Assembly (NCBI RefSeq): GCF_003334785.1
Contig: NZ_QOWV01000001.1
Source: Escherichia coli
GTDB taxonomy: Bacteria; Pseudomonadota; Gammaproteobacteria; Enterobacterales; Enterobacteriaceae
Reading direction: 5' to 3' (one strand)
DNA length: 64,000 bases
Of the stretch, positions 11,394-22,413 are shown piece by piece. The position numbers were made by a program, and so were the translations under genes. Each line of letters opens with the position of its first letter. Within the stretch, counting starts at the first letter, position 1. The notes under the pieces were generated by a model. The model made no database searches. It was given only the letters and a program-made list of their open reading frames with translations, and was not told where the DNA came from.

Positions 11394-13112
11394 TTACCTT
11401 AGCCAGTTTGTTTTCGCCAGTTCGATCACTTCATCACCGCGTCCGCTGATGATTGCGCGCAGCATATACAGGCTGAAACCTTTGGCCTGTTCGAGTTTGA
11501 TCTGCGGTGGAATGGCTAACTCTTCTTTGGCGACCACCACATCCACCAACACCGGACCGTCGATGGAGAAGGCGCGTTGCAGGGCTTCATCAACTTCAGA
11601 CGCTTTTTCTACACGGATACCCGTAATGCCGCACGCTTCGGCAATGCGGGCAAAGTTTGTGTCGTGTAGTTCGGTGCCGTCAGTCAAATAGCCACCAGCT
11701 TTCATCTCCATCGCCACAAAGCCCAGCACGCTGTTGTTAAAGACGACAATTTTCACTGGCAGTTTCATCTGCACTACTGAGAGGAAATCGCCCATCAACA
11801 TGCTAAAACCGCCATCGCCGCACATGGCGACCACCTGACGTTCTGGCTCTGTCGCCTGCGCACCCAGCGCCTGCGGCATGGCGTTAGCCATCGAACCGTG
11901 GTTAAACGAACCTAACAGGCGACGCTTGCCGTTCATTTTTAGATAACGTGCCGCCCACACCGTTGGCGTACCAACGTCACAGGTGAAAATAGCGTCATCG
12001 GCGGCAAAATGACTAATTTGCTGCGCCAGATATTGCGGGTGAATGGCTTTCTCGCTCGGTTTAGCTAAATCGTCCAGCCCTTTGCGGGCGTCGCGGTAAT
12101 CTTCCAGCGCTTTATCCAGAAACTTGCGATCGGCTTTTTCTTCCACCAATGGAAGCAATGCACGCAGAGTCGACTTGATATCGCCGACCAGTGCCATATC
12201 CACCTTGCTGTGAGCGCCGATGCTGGCTGGGTTGATATCAATCTGAATGATTTTGGCATCGGTCGGGTAGAAGGCGCGGTAGGGAAATTGCGTGCCGAGT
12301 AGCACTAACGTGTCGGCGTTCATCATGGTATGGAAACCTGACGAGAAGCCGATTAACCCGGTCATTCCAACATCATACGGATTATCGTATTCGACATGTT
12401 CTTTACCGCGCAGGGCATGAACAATAGGCGCTTTAATTTTCCCGGCAAACTCAACTAACTCTTTATGCGCCCCCGCGCAGCCGCTGCCACACATCAGGGC
12501 GATATTGCTGGAATAACGCAGCAGTTGCGCCAGTTTGCGTAACTCTTCTTCTTCCGGCGTCACGACTGGTTGTGGCGCATGATACCAGTGCATGGTTGCC
12601 CCTTCTGGCGCAGGTTTTAACGCCACGTCGCCTGGTAACACGACAACCGAAACGCCACGGTTAAGCACCGCTTTGCGCATGGCAATCGCCAGTACTTGTG
12701 GGATCTGCTCCGGGCTGGAAACCAGCTCGCAATAGTGACTACATTCGCGGAATAGCTCTTGTGGGTGGGTTTCCTGGAAATAGCCGCTGCCAATTTCGCT
12801 GGAGGGAATATGAGCGGCAATCGCCAGTACCGGAACGTGATTGCGGTGGCAATCGAACAGGCCGTTGATTAAGTGCAGGTTGCCGGGGCCGCACGATCCG
12901 GCGCAGACCGCCAGTTCTCCGCTAAGTTGTGCTTCAGCGCCAGCGGCAAAGGCCGCCACTTCTTCGTGGCGGGTGGACATCCACTCGATGGTGCCCATGC
13001 GATTAAGACTGTCACTAAGACCGTTCAGAGAGTCGCCTGTGACTCCCCAGATGCGTTTCACCCCTGCCGATTCGAGTGTTTTGGCGATATAAGCTGCAAC
13101 CGTTTGTTTCAT
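11394..13112 (-). CDS. poxB: pyruvate oxidase (ubiquinone) PoxB
   Basis: 572-aa thiamine-diphosphate/FAD enzyme. Confidence 0.95.
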
Positions 13113-13244
13113 GGTTCTCCATCTCCTGAATGTGATAACGGTAACAAGTTTAGTTCATCTGACGGAGGGGGAAGGGATGGGAGAGAAAGGAGGCACTAAC
13201 GGTTAAATAGCCCGATGAAAGGAATATCATCGGGCATAAGGCGA

Positions 13245-14213
13245 TTATGCGAGAACCAAATCCCCCTGCGGATGGCAGGAGCAGGCCAGTACGTAACCTT
13301 CAGCGATTTCGGCGTCGGTCAGCGTCATTGTGCTGCTCACCGTATATTCACCGGAAACCACTTTTGTCTTACAGCAGCCGCAAACACCCGCACGGCAGGC
13401 AGCGACAACCGGAACGTTATTGCTTTCCAGCGCCTCCAGTAGCGTGGTGCCAACCGGGGCGTAAAATTCTCGTGCCGGTTGCAGTTTGGTGAATTTCAGA
13501 CCGCTGGTCGCCGCTTCTGCTACTGGGGTGAAGAATTTCTCTTTAAAGAAACGCGTCACGCCGAGCGCTTTCACTTCCTGCTCTACCCAATCCATATACG
13601 GAGCCGGGCCGCAGGTCATCACGGTACGTGAAGCTAAGTCAGGTACACCTGCCAGCAGTTCGCGAGTGAGACGACCAGCGATAAAGCCTTCGGTAACGTT
13701 ATTTTCTGCCACCAGCGTTACCGGATAGTTACGCCACTCATCGGCGAAAATAACATCCTGCGGCGTACGCACGTTGTAGATCACCCGCACATCGGCCTGT
13801 GGACGGTTCTTCGCAAGCCAGCGACGCATCGACATAATCGGCGTGACGCCGCAGCCTGCCGCCAGCAACAGGAATTTATCTTCTGCTTTATCGTCGCAGG
13901 TAAATTCCCCCATCGCGTCCGAAAGCCAGAGATAATCACCGCGTTTTACATCGCGCGTCAGCCACTGGGAGCCGACACCGTCATCAATCCGCCGCACGGT
14001 CAGGGTGATATATTCACTCACGCCTGGCGTGGAGGAAATGGTGTAAGCACGCAGCGTTTCCGCTGAGTTTCGCACGCTGACCAGTGCATATTGCCCGGCG
14101 CGATATGGGTAGTAATCGTGGCAAATCAGGGAAATCGTCCACACATCCGGCGTTTCTTGCGTAATGTGATGAACCTGCATCCGCCACGGGCATTGATTCG
14201 TTGGCATCGTCAT
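13245..14213 (-). CDS. hcr: NADH oxidoreductase for hybrid-cluster protein Hcr
   Basis: 322 aa; FNR-type flavin reductase domain plus C-terminal 2Fe-2S ferredoxin Cys motif (CRAGVCGCC). Confidence 0.9.
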   Translation of the reverse strand: MTMPTNQCPWRMQVHHITQETPDVWTISLICHDYYPYRAGQYALVSVRNSAETLRAYTISSTPGVSEYITLTVRRIDDGVGSQWLTRDVKRGDYLWLSDAMGEFTCDDKAEDKFLLLAAGCGVTPIMSMRRWLAKNRPQADVRVIYNVRTPQDVIFADEWRNYPVTLVAENNVTEGFIAGRLTRELLAGVPDLASRTVMTCGPAPYMDWVEQEVKALGVTRFFKEKFFTPVAEAATSGLKFTKLQPAREFYAPVGTTLLEALESNNVPVVAACRAGVCGCCKTKVVSGEYTVSSTMTLTDAEIAEGYVLACSCHPQGDLVLA

Positions 14214-14224
14214 CGACAAACTCC

Positions 14225-15877
14225 TTACGCGCTCAACAGTTGCTTCATGTCTTCTTCAACAGTGGTGATAGAACGCAGGCCGAATTTCTCGTTCAGCACC
14301 GCCAGCAGGTCTGGTGTCAGGAAACCAGGTGCAGTCGGGCCGGTGACGATATTTTTCACGCCCAGAGAAAGCAGCGTCAGCAGAATGACGATCGCTTTCT
14401 GTTCAAACCAGGAGAGCACCAGCGACAGCGGCAGATCGTTGACACCGCAGCCCAGTTTCTCTGCCAGAGTGACAGCCAGAATAATCGCTGAGTAAGCATC
14501 GTTACATTGACCTGCATCTACCAGACGCGGCAGACCTTCGATATCGCCAAACTCAAGTTTGTTAAAGCGATATTTACCACAGGCGAGGGTCAGGATCAGG
14601 CAGTCATCCGGCACGCTGGTGGCGAAATCGGTGAAGTAGTGGCGCTCGCCGCGTGCGCCGTCACAGCCACCAAGCAGGAAGATATGACGCAGTTTTTCAC
14701 GGCTCACCAGATCAATCAGCGTATCAGCAGCGCCAAGCAGCGTCTGGCGACCAAAACCCACGGTGATAAGGTGCGGAATTTCGCTGTACGGGAAGCCTGC
14801 CATCTGTTGCGCCTGGGTGATAACCGCAGAGAAATCATCACCGTCCAGATGACGCACGCCAGGCCAGCCAACAATGCTGCGGGTCCAGATACGATCGTCA
14901 TAAGCGCCTACGGTTGGGTCGATGATGCAGTTCGAGGTCATCACGATGGGGCCAGGGAAACGAGCGAACTCCACTTGCTGATTCTGCCAGCCGCTGCCGT
15001 AGTTACCGACCAGATGCTTGAATTTACGCAGCTCCGGGTAGCCATGCGCAGGCAGCATTTCGCCGTGGGTGTAGACATTAACGCCCGTGCCTTCGGTCTG
15101 TTCCAGCAGGTTGTAGAGATCTTTGAGATCGTGACCGGAAATCAGAATGCATTTACCCGCCGTCGCTTTGACGTTGACCTGGGTTGGCGTCGGGTGACCG
15201 TATTTACCGGTTTCGCCTGCATCCAGAATGCTCATCACTTTGAAGTTCATCTGGCCGATTTCCATTGAACACTCAAGAAGCGCGTTCATATCGGCAGGCC
15301 AGGTCCCCAGCCACGCCATGATTTTATGGTACTGGGCATAAATATCGTTGTCGTATTGACCGAGAACATGCGCGTGTTCCATATAGGCCGCCGCACCTTT
15401 CAGGCCATACAGGCACAGCAGACGCAGGCCGAGAATGTTTTCGCCAATCGCCGCTTTATCTTTGTTAGGGGTAAATTCTGCTGCCTGACGTTGCAGCTCG
15501 CCGAGATCGTCGCTCACCAGTTGCAGGTCAGCCATCGGGTTATCGACGCGCGCGTTGGCATCTACAGCCAGGCATTGCGCTTTCAGCGCCTCGCGCAGGG
15601 CAATCGCTTCACGAGCGTAGCCGACAATACGCGGAGAATCGAAGTTAACGTTGGTCAGGGTTGAGAAAAAGGCACGTGGCGCGAAGCTGTCAACATCGTG
15701 GTTGATGATGCCGTATTCACGCGCTTTTACCGCCCAGGCAGAAAGCCCTTGCAGCGCCGCGATGAGTAAATCCTGAAGGTCAGAAGTTTCCGCCGTTTTA
15801 CCACACATCCCCTGCGCGTATGAGCAGCCGTTTCCTGCCGGAGTACGGATAGTTTGTTCACATTGCACACAAAACAT
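14225..15877 (-). CDS. hcp: hybrid-cluster protein (hydroxylamine reductase) Hcp
   Basis: 550 aa from MFCVQCEQT with N-terminal Cys cluster; co-oriented with hcr. Confidence 0.95.
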
Positions 15878-15973
15878 GATCACACCTTTTAAAGTTATAT
15901 TTAATATACATGTTTAAGGTTAAGACGCTTAACGCGGGGATAAAAGGGATTTTTCATGCAACTTTAAGGGAGA

Positions 15974-15987
15974 TTGATTTAGCGCAA
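15974..15987. promoter_or_regulatory. candidate FNR site upstream of hcp
   Basis: ttgat-ttag-cgcaa is an 8/10 match to TTGAT-N4-ATCAA about 95 bp upstream of the hcp start; hcp is a known anaerobically induced gene. Confidence 0.3.
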
Positions 15988-16020
15988 TTTTGGCGGCAGG
16001 GATCTACCGCCAGAGAGGTA

Positions 16021-16920
16021 TTACGCAGAGAAAAAGGCGATGAGGATCGGCACTAACAGGCTAAGAATAAAACCGTGAACAATTGCCGCCGGGACCATAT
16101 CCAGCCCGCCAGTACGTTGAAGAACGGGCAGGGTGAAATCCATTGATGTGGCACCGCATAAGCCCAGTGCAGTAGAGCGGCTGCGGCGAATCAGCCCAGG
16201 GATCAACATAATAGCAATCAGTTCACGGGCCAGATCATTAAAAAACGCCGCGCTCCCGATTACCGGACCAAAAGATTCGGTCAATAAAATACCGGAAAGA
16301 GAATACCAGCCGAAACCGGAGGCCATTGCCAGCGCGGTATTGATGGGGAGATCAAGAATAAAGGCGTTAATTAAACCACCAATTAATGAACTGACAACCA
16401 CCACCACGGCGACAATCATTCCCCGGCGATTAAGGACAATCTGCTTTAAGGTCATGCCATTATTGCGCAACTGAATACCAACGAGGAAAAGTAGCAAAAT
16501 TAACGTGTATTCACTGGCTTCGGTCGCGTGTTGTAAGAAAGCCAGTCCACTTAGACCAATGGCAAAACCAATCACTACTACGCCGCACAGTTTTAGCGAC
16601 TCCAGCGCCATCGCAATACGCGACGGGAGTTTTTCTTGCTGATGGTGGTTGCGCCACGGCAGGCCTCGCTCCAGCCACATCAGGGCGGCAATATTACACA
16701 GTAAAATAACGGTAATACTGACGGCAGAATAATGCAGAATCGCCAACAGGTTACTGGCGAGGTTATCGAGAAACGCCAGACTGATACCCATAAAAAAGAG
16801 AATAAGGTAAACCATCCAGCTTAATAGCTGATTAATAACTTTTAACGCAGCTTGTTGGCGAAGCGGAATGAGGTAACCCACAATCAGGGGAACCAGAATG
16901 ATTAACAGCCCAGAAAACAT
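16021..16920 (-). CDS. ybjE: L-lysine exporter LysO (YbjE)
   Basis: 299-aa polytopic membrane protein from MFSGLLIILVPL. Confidence 0.85.
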   Translation of the reverse strand: MFSGLLIILVPLIVGYLIPLRQQAALKVINQLLSWMVYLILFFMGISLAFLDNLASNLLAILHYSAVSITVILLCNIAALMWLERGLPWRNHHQQEKLPSRIAMALESLKLCGVVVIGFAIGLSGLAFLQHATEASEYTLILLLFLVGIQLRNNGMTLKQIVLNRRGMIVAVVVVVSSLIGGLINAFILDLPINTALAMASGFGWYSLSGILLTESFGPVIGSAAFFNDLARELIAIMLIPGLIRRSRSTALGLCGATSMDFTLPVLQRTGGLDMVPAAIVHGFILSLLVPILIAFFSA

Positions 16921-17094
16921 GAAAACCCAGTCCTTGCAAAGATGAAGTCGAAATGCGCGATGACACACTACTGAAAGCGGAAGGACGAGTAAAGTTGCAA
17001 TTAAAAGGAAATGTTATGCATAAGGAGCAGTAGAGTATTCGTTTTCATTTAAAGATATTCTTGCGCTTTAATTACAAACTGCACCGATGTTGGT

Positions 17095-17300
17095 GGCGTC
17101 AAAATCGCCGAGGCGTTCCCTGAAGGCCGGGGCAGCCCACATGGATGTGGGCTGAGGGCGCGTTTTACAGGGATGTTACCTCGCGCCCGACCCGGTAGCC
17201 GTAAGGGATAAGTCGAGGGCACCGCGCAGCGGCGATTTTGTTCGCCAGAGCCCGGGGGTGCAGGGGGCGGCGGCGATTGGCCGCCCCCTGCGCGCTCCTT
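17095..17300. repeat. GC-rich cluster of nested perfect and imperfect palindromes (unclassified)
   Basis: perfect 10-bp-arm inverted repeats at 17133-17154 and 17261-17290, a 7-bp-arm pair gggcgcg/cgcgccc, and an outer imperfect pair 17095-17115/17225-17246, embedded in AT-rich intergenic DNA. Confidence 0.5.
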
Positions 17301-17375
17301 GCGCCAGTGGCAATATGTTGCTTAGCTCATGAAAGGAGCGCAACAAGATGATGAATCAACATATAACAACATCTT

Positions 17376-17405
17376 AAAAAAAGGCCTGACATTACGCCAG
17401 GCCTT
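17376..17405 (-). terminator. rho-independent terminator downstream of aqpZ
   Basis: aaggcctg-loop-caggcctt stem followed by a U-run on the minus strand. Confidence 0.65.
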
Positions 17406-17414
17406 CTGCGTTAA

Positions 17415-18110
17415 TTAATCACGCTTTTCCAGCAGGGTCCGGTAAATCAGACCACCGATAATGCCGCCGACAATTGGCACCACCCAGAAGAACCACAGTT
17501 GTTCTAATGCCCAGCCGCCCTGGAAGATAGCAACCGCGGTGCTGCGCGCCGGGTTAACAGAAGTGTTAGTCACCGGAATACTAATTAAGTGAATCAGGGT
17601 TAAGGCCAGACCAATAGCGATCGGCGCAAAACCTGCCGGCGCGAATTTGTCGGTTGCGCCGTGGATCACCAACAGGAAACCTGCACTCAATACCAGTTCA
17701 ACTACCAGCGCGGAAAGCATGGAATAACCGCCTGGTGAATGCTCGCCATAACCGTTAGAAGCAAAACCGCTGGCTGCCGCGTCAAAACCCGTTTTACCAC
17801 TGGCAATTAAATACAGCAGCGCCGCTGCAACAATACCGCCGACAACCTGGGCAATTACGTAGCCAACGACTTCTTTTGCCGGAAAACGTCCGCCAGCCCA
17901 TAAACCAATAGTGACCGCCGGGTTAAAATGACCACCAGAAATATGACCAACAGCAAAGGCCATCGTCAGAACGGTCAGACCGAACGCCAACGCCACGCCG
18001 GCAAAACCAATGCCTAATTCCGGGAAGCCTGCGGCCAGTACAGCACTACCACAGCCACCAAAAACAAGCCAGAAAGTACCAAAACATTCAGCTGCTAATT
18101 TTCTGAACAT
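17415..18110 (-). CDS. aqpZ: aquaporin Z
   Basis: 231-aa MIP-family channel with two NPA motifs (GGHFNPAVT and NPARS). Confidence 0.95.
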   Translation of the reverse strand: MFRKLAAECFGTFWLVFGGCGSAVLAAGFPELGIGFAGVALAFGLTVLTMAFAVGHISGGHFNPAVTIGLWAGGRFPAKEVVGYVIAQVVGGIVAAALLYLIASGKTGFDAAASGFASNGYGEHSPGGYSMLSALVVELVLSAGFLLVIHGATDKFAPAGFAPIAIGLALTLIHLISIPVTNTSVNPARSTAVAIFQGGWALEQLWFFWVVPIVGGIIGGLIYRTLLEKRD

Positions 18111-18535
18111 ATCCACCTCAATTAAAAATTGACCCTGTGAAAAATATGGTCGTTTTATAGGGTCGTCGTAAAAAAGTGACGACGGAAATAATGCGCGGCT
18201 ATTTTAAAAACGAAGGCGAGTCATTCACCAGATAAATAAATCCAGTAAATTTGATTTAGGGCAACAGCGGGTTGCCCCATATAGTCATTTGTCTGATTGA
18301 CAGTGTAGTGCACGCAAAAGATTTAATCCTTTAGGCGTAATAAAAAATAATTTATCATGCTAATTATTTGATTTTGTTGTTTTTGCAGACTTATCAGCAA
18401 GAGGGAGTATAACGCGATTATTCGCTCATTTTTCAGACATTTGCCATGCTTAAATGTGATGTCATCACGTATTAGCAAGGCCTTTCCCGTTATACTGCCA
18501 GCGTAAAGGATAAGTCACATATTTCTGGAGGGGAT

Positions 18536-20194
18536 ATGATTCTTGAGCGCGTTGAAATTGTGGGTTTTCGCGGTATCAACCGTTTGTCGTTGATGCTGGA
18601 ACAAAACAACGTCCTGATTGGGGAGAACGCGTGGGGTAAATCCAGCTTGCTGGACGCCTTAACTCTGCTGCTATCGCCAGAATCAGATCTCTACCATTTT
18701 GAGCGCGACGATTTCTGGTTCCCGCCGGGAGATATCAACGGGCGAGAACATCATCTGCATATTATTTTGACCTTCCGCGAATCGCTGCCAGGCCGACATC
18801 GGGTTCGCCGTTATCGGCCGCTGGAAGCGTGCTGGACGCCATGCACCGATGGCTATCACCGTATTTTTTATCGTCTGGAAGGGGAGAGTGCGGAAGACGG
18901 CAGCGTGATGACACTGCGCAGTTTTCTCGATAAAGACGGACATCCGATTGATGTCGAGGATATTAACGATCAGGCACGCCATCTGGTGCGTTTAATGCCG
19001 GTGCTGCGCTTGCGTGATGCCCGTTTTATGCGCCGTATTCGTAACGGCACGGTGCCAAATGTCCCTAATGTGGAAGTCACCGCGCGCCAGCTCGATTTCC
19101 TCGCCCGTGAGTTATCCTCACATCCGCAAAATCTCTCTGATGGGCAGATTCGTCAGGGACTTTCCGCAATGGTACAGCTGCTTGAGCATTATTTCTCTGA
19201 GCAGGGGGCCGGACAGGCGCGATATCGTTTAATGCGGCGGCGAGCCAGCAATGAGCAACGAAGCTGGCGCTATCTGGATATCATCAACCGGATGATTGAC
19301 CGACCTGGTGGGCGCTCGTATCGGGTTATTTTGCTCGGCCTATTTGCTACTTTGTTGCAGGCAAAAGGCACATTGCGACTGGATAAAGACGCCCGTCCAT
19401 TGTTGCTGATCGAAGATCCAGAAACCCGTTTACACCCCATTATGCTTTCAGTTGCCTGGCATCTGTTGAATCTTCTGCCATTGCAGCGCATTGCCACCAC
19501 CAACTCGGGTGAGTTGCTTTCGTTAACGCCGGTAGAGCATGTTTGCCGACTGGTACGTGAGTCCTCGCGCGTTGCCGCCTGGCGTCTGGGGCCGAGTGGC
19601 TTGAGTACCGAAGATAGCCGACGCATATCCTTTCACATTCGTTTTAACCGTCCGTCATCGCTGTTTGCACGCTGCTGGTTGCTGGTGGAAGGGGAAACGG
19701 AAACCTGGGTTATCAATGAACTGGCGCGTCAGTGCGGACATCATTTTGATGCCGAAGGGATCAAGGTCATTGAGTTTGCCCAGTCCGGGCTAAAGCCACT
19801 GGTTAAATTTGCCCGCCGAATGGGGATTGAATGGCATGTACTGGTCGATGGCGATGAAGCAGGGAAGAAATATGCCGCTACGGTACGCAGCCTGTTGAAT
19901 AACGATCGGGAAGCCGAACGAGAACATTTAACGGCGTTACCGGCGCTGGATATGGAACATTTTATGTATCGCCAGGGATTTTCCGATGTGTTCCACCGCA
20001 TGGCGCAAATCCCGGAAAATGTACCGATGAATCTACGCAAAATTATCTCGAAAGCGATCCATCGCTCTTCCAAACCCGATCTTGCCATTGAAGTGGCAAT
20101 GGAGGCAGGACGTCGTGGTGTGGACTCCGTACCGACGCTGCTGAAAAAAATGTTCTCACGCGTGCTGTGGCTGGCGCGCGGTCGCGCGGATTAA
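18536..20194 (+). CDS. ybjD: OLD-family ATPase-Toprim protein YbjD
   Basis: 552 aa; N-terminal P-loop GENAWGKSS, Walker-B-like LLLIEDPE, C-terminal Toprim-like E (LLVEGETE) and DxD (VLVDGDEAG). Confidence 0.85.
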   Translation: MILERVEIVGFRGINRLSLMLEQNNVLIGENAWGKSSLLDALTLLLSPESDLYHFERDDFWFPPGDINGREHHLHIILTFRESLPGRHRVRRYRPLEACWTPCTDGYHRIFYRLEGESAEDGSVMTLRSFLDKDGHPIDVEDINDQARHLVRLMPVLRLRDARFMRRIRNGTVPNVPNVEVTARQLDFLARELSSHPQNLSDGQIRQGLSAMVQLLEHYFSEQGAGQARYRLMRRRASNEQRSWRYLDIINRMIDRPGGRSYRVILLGLFATLLQAKGTLRLDKDARPLLLIEDPETRLHPIMLSVAWHLLNLLPLQRIATTNSGELLSLTPVEHVCRLVRESSRVAAWRLGPSGLSTEDSRRISFHIRFNRPSSLFARCWLLVEGETETWVINELARQCGHHFDAEGIKVIEFAQSGLKPLVKFARRMGIEWHVLVDGDEAGKKYAATVRSLLNNDREAEREHLTALPALDMEHFMYRQGFSDVFHRMAQIPENVPMNLRKIISKAIHRSSKPDLAIEVAMEAGRRGVDSVPTLLKKMFSRVLWLARGRAD

Positions 20195-21183
20195 CCGCGA
20201 AACATCGTGGCCATTTGTGGCTGAATAGCGTCGAGCATCTCATAGCGCCGACGGTATTCAGCCCGTTTTTTACTGGCGATTTCGGCAATCTCTTTTCGTG
20301 CTATCTGTGCTGGAAGGCGGTAATGGCGTTCAGCATCACATACGCCGCCAACCGATTCCCAGAAAGCGTTGTAATCAGCGTGGATCTTGCCTTCTTTATC
20401 GCGATAACGCAGGCTGCGGTAAATATGCGTTTCATTGCTGACGGCAATAATCTGCTCTACCTGCAAACGTTGGGCAAACAGACAGGCCGCTTCCATCACG
20501 AGGCGTTTGGGAAATAGCCCGTGGCAGGCTTTCGTCGCATTCTGGATTTCCTGATGTGGAATTTCCCATTTTGCGCCTTGCAGTCCGCCAATAAACATCG
20601 TTCTTTTCCCCTGATATTCACACAGGGTAAACGTGATCTCTGCCAGAGGAATACCTTCGCTGTTGCGGAACAGGATTGTGCTGTCACCTTCTTTATCCAT
20701 TGAGATCATCATGGTCAGCTCAAGCGTGAACTGCTCGCCGTTTTTGCCTTCCAGCTTCGCCAGTTGCAGCCCGGGGGTATTCAAATATAAGCTGAATTCT
20801 TCCGCCGACATACATTCGCGGAGTAACGCATAATGGTAACGTAACGCCTCCAGCAATTGCTTACGGCTAAGATTCGCCGCAAGGTAAGGGCGATGCAGAC
20901 GCACAGGCAGTCGCGGCTGGCGCGTTAACAATACATTGAGATTAGGCCAGTGGGAAAGTTCGTTCATCCACTCAACGCTTAAACGCGGCATAATCAACGA
21001 GCGCAGCAAAAATTTCTGGCGAAAACTACGGCGATGCCAGAATTTACCCGGCCGACACTGTCCACGTGCCAGACTAAGAAAAAGTGACAGGCTGCTGAGA
21101 GATTCAGATGGCGTAAAGGTCCGTTCAGTTAGCTGCGACATATTCATGAAATCAATGGTTATACATGGCGTCGATTTCACCAT
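20191..21183 (-). CDS. ybjX: VirK-like DUF535 protein YbjX
   Basis: 330-aa ORF convergent with ybjD; stop codons overlap (TTAA at 20191-20194). Confidence 0.8.
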   Translation of the reverse strand: MVKSTPCITIDFMNMSQLTERTFTPSESLSSLSLFLSLARGQCRPGKFWHRRSFRQKFLLRSLIMPRLSVEWMNELSHWPNLNVLLTRQPRLPVRLHRPYLAANLSRKQLLEALRYHYALLRECMSAEEFSLYLNTPGLQLAKLEGKNGEQFTLELTMMISMDKEGDSTILFRNSEGIPLAEITFTLCEYQGKRTMFIGGLQGAKWEIPHQEIQNATKACHGLFPKRLVMEAACLFAQRLQVEQIIAVSNETHIYRSLRYRDKEGKIHADYNAFWESVGGVCDAERHYRLPAQIARKEIAEIASKKRAEYRRRYEMLDAIQPQMATMFRG

Positions 21184-21297
21184 TGCGTATCTTAACCAAA
21201 CATCAATAGTGTGATTACTAACGTAAATTTTAGGGTTTTGTTGATATTTCGTTGAAGTTAATGACCCGGATTGGCATATGGAGTATTCAGAAAATTT

Positions 21298-22413
21298 ATG
21301 AAAAAGCGGAAAACCGTGAAGAAGCGTTACGTTATTGCGCTGGTGATAGTCATCGCCGGACTGATTACGTTATGGAGAATTCTTAACGCACCCGTGCCGA
21401 CTTATCAGACGCTGATTGTGCGCCCCGGTGATTTACAGCAAAGCGTGCTGGCGACCGGAAAGCTGGACGCGCTGCGTAAGGTTGATGTGGGCGCGCAGGT
21501 CAGCGGTCAGTTGAAAACTCTGTCGGTGGCGATTGGCGATAAAGTAAAAAAAGACCAGCTTTTAGGGGTTATTGATCCTGAACAGGCTGAAAACCAGATT
21601 AAGGAGGTCGAAGCAACGCTGATGGAGCTACGTGCGCAGCGGCAGCAGGCGGAAGCGGAGCTGAAACTGGCGCGGGTGACGTATTCCCGTCAGCAACGTC
21701 TGGCACAAACGAAGGCTGTTTCACAGCAGGATCTCGACACCGCCGCGACGGAGATGGCTGTGAAACAGGCGCAAATTGGCACCATTGACGCGCAAATCAA
21801 GCGCAATCAGGCTTCTCTCGATACGGCTAAAACCAATCTCGATTACACTCGCATCGTTGCCCCGATGGCCGGGGAAGTCACGCAAATCACCACTCTGCAA
21901 GGCCAGACGGTGATTGCCGCACAACAAGCACCGAACATTCTGACGCTGGCAGATATGAGCACCATGCTGGTAAAAGCGCAGGTTTCTGAAGCGGATGTAA
22001 TCCACCTGAAGCCGGGGCAAAAAGCCTGGTTTACGGTGCTTGGCGATCCACTGACGCGCTACGAGGGGCAAATCAAGGATGTACTACCGACGCCGGAAAA
22101 GGTTAACGACGCTATTTTCTATTACGCCCGTTTTGAAGTCCCCAACCCCAATGGTTTGCTGCGGCTGGATATGACTGCGCAAGTGCATATTCAGCTCACC
22201 GATGTGAAAAATGTGCTGACGATCCCTCTGTCGGCGTTAGGCGATCCGGTTGGCGATAATCGTTATAAAGTCAAATTGTTGCGTAATGGTGAAACACGCG
22301 AGCGTGAAGTGACGATTGGCGCACGTAACGATACCGATGTTGAGATTGTCAAAGGGCTTGAAGCGGGCGATGAAGTGGTGATTGGTGAGGCCAAACCAGG
22401 AGCTGCACAATGA
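21298..22413 (+). CDS. macA: macrolide efflux periplasmic adaptor MacA
   Basis: 371 aa from [18 protein letters not shown]; membrane-fusion-protein coiled-coil and barrel regions; stop overlaps macB start. Confidence 0.9.
   Translation: MKKRKTVKKRYVIALVIVIAGLITLWRILNAPVPTYQTLIVRPGDLQQSVLATGKLDALRKVDVGAQVSGQLKTLSVAIGDKVKKDQLLGVIDPEQAENQIKEVEATLMELRAQRQQAEAELKLARVTYSRQQRLAQTKAVSQQDLDTAATEMAVKQAQIGTIDAQIKRNQASLDTAKTNLDYTRIVAPMAGEVTQITTLQGQTVIAAQQAPNILTLADMSTMLVKAQVSEADVIHLKPGQKAWFTVLGDPLTRYEGQIKDVLPTPEKVNDAIFYYARFEVPNPNGLLRLDMTAQVHIQLTDVKNVLTIPLSALGDPVGDNRYKVKLLRNGETREREVTIGARNDTDVEIVKGLEAGDEVVIGEAKPGAAQ

Noticed and set aside
17347-17376. Tiny ORF (MMNQHITTS) with an upstream aaaggag Shine-Dalgarno-like sequence next to the GC-rich palindromic element
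   Set aside because: Nine codons is too short to judge and it overlaps the aqpZ terminator region on the opposite strand; no evidence beyond a chance RBS-like motif.
21184-21297. PhoP box in the ybjX-macA divergent region
   Set aside because: I could not identify a convincing direct repeat of the TGTTTA-N5-TGTTTA type by eye; it needs matrix scanning.
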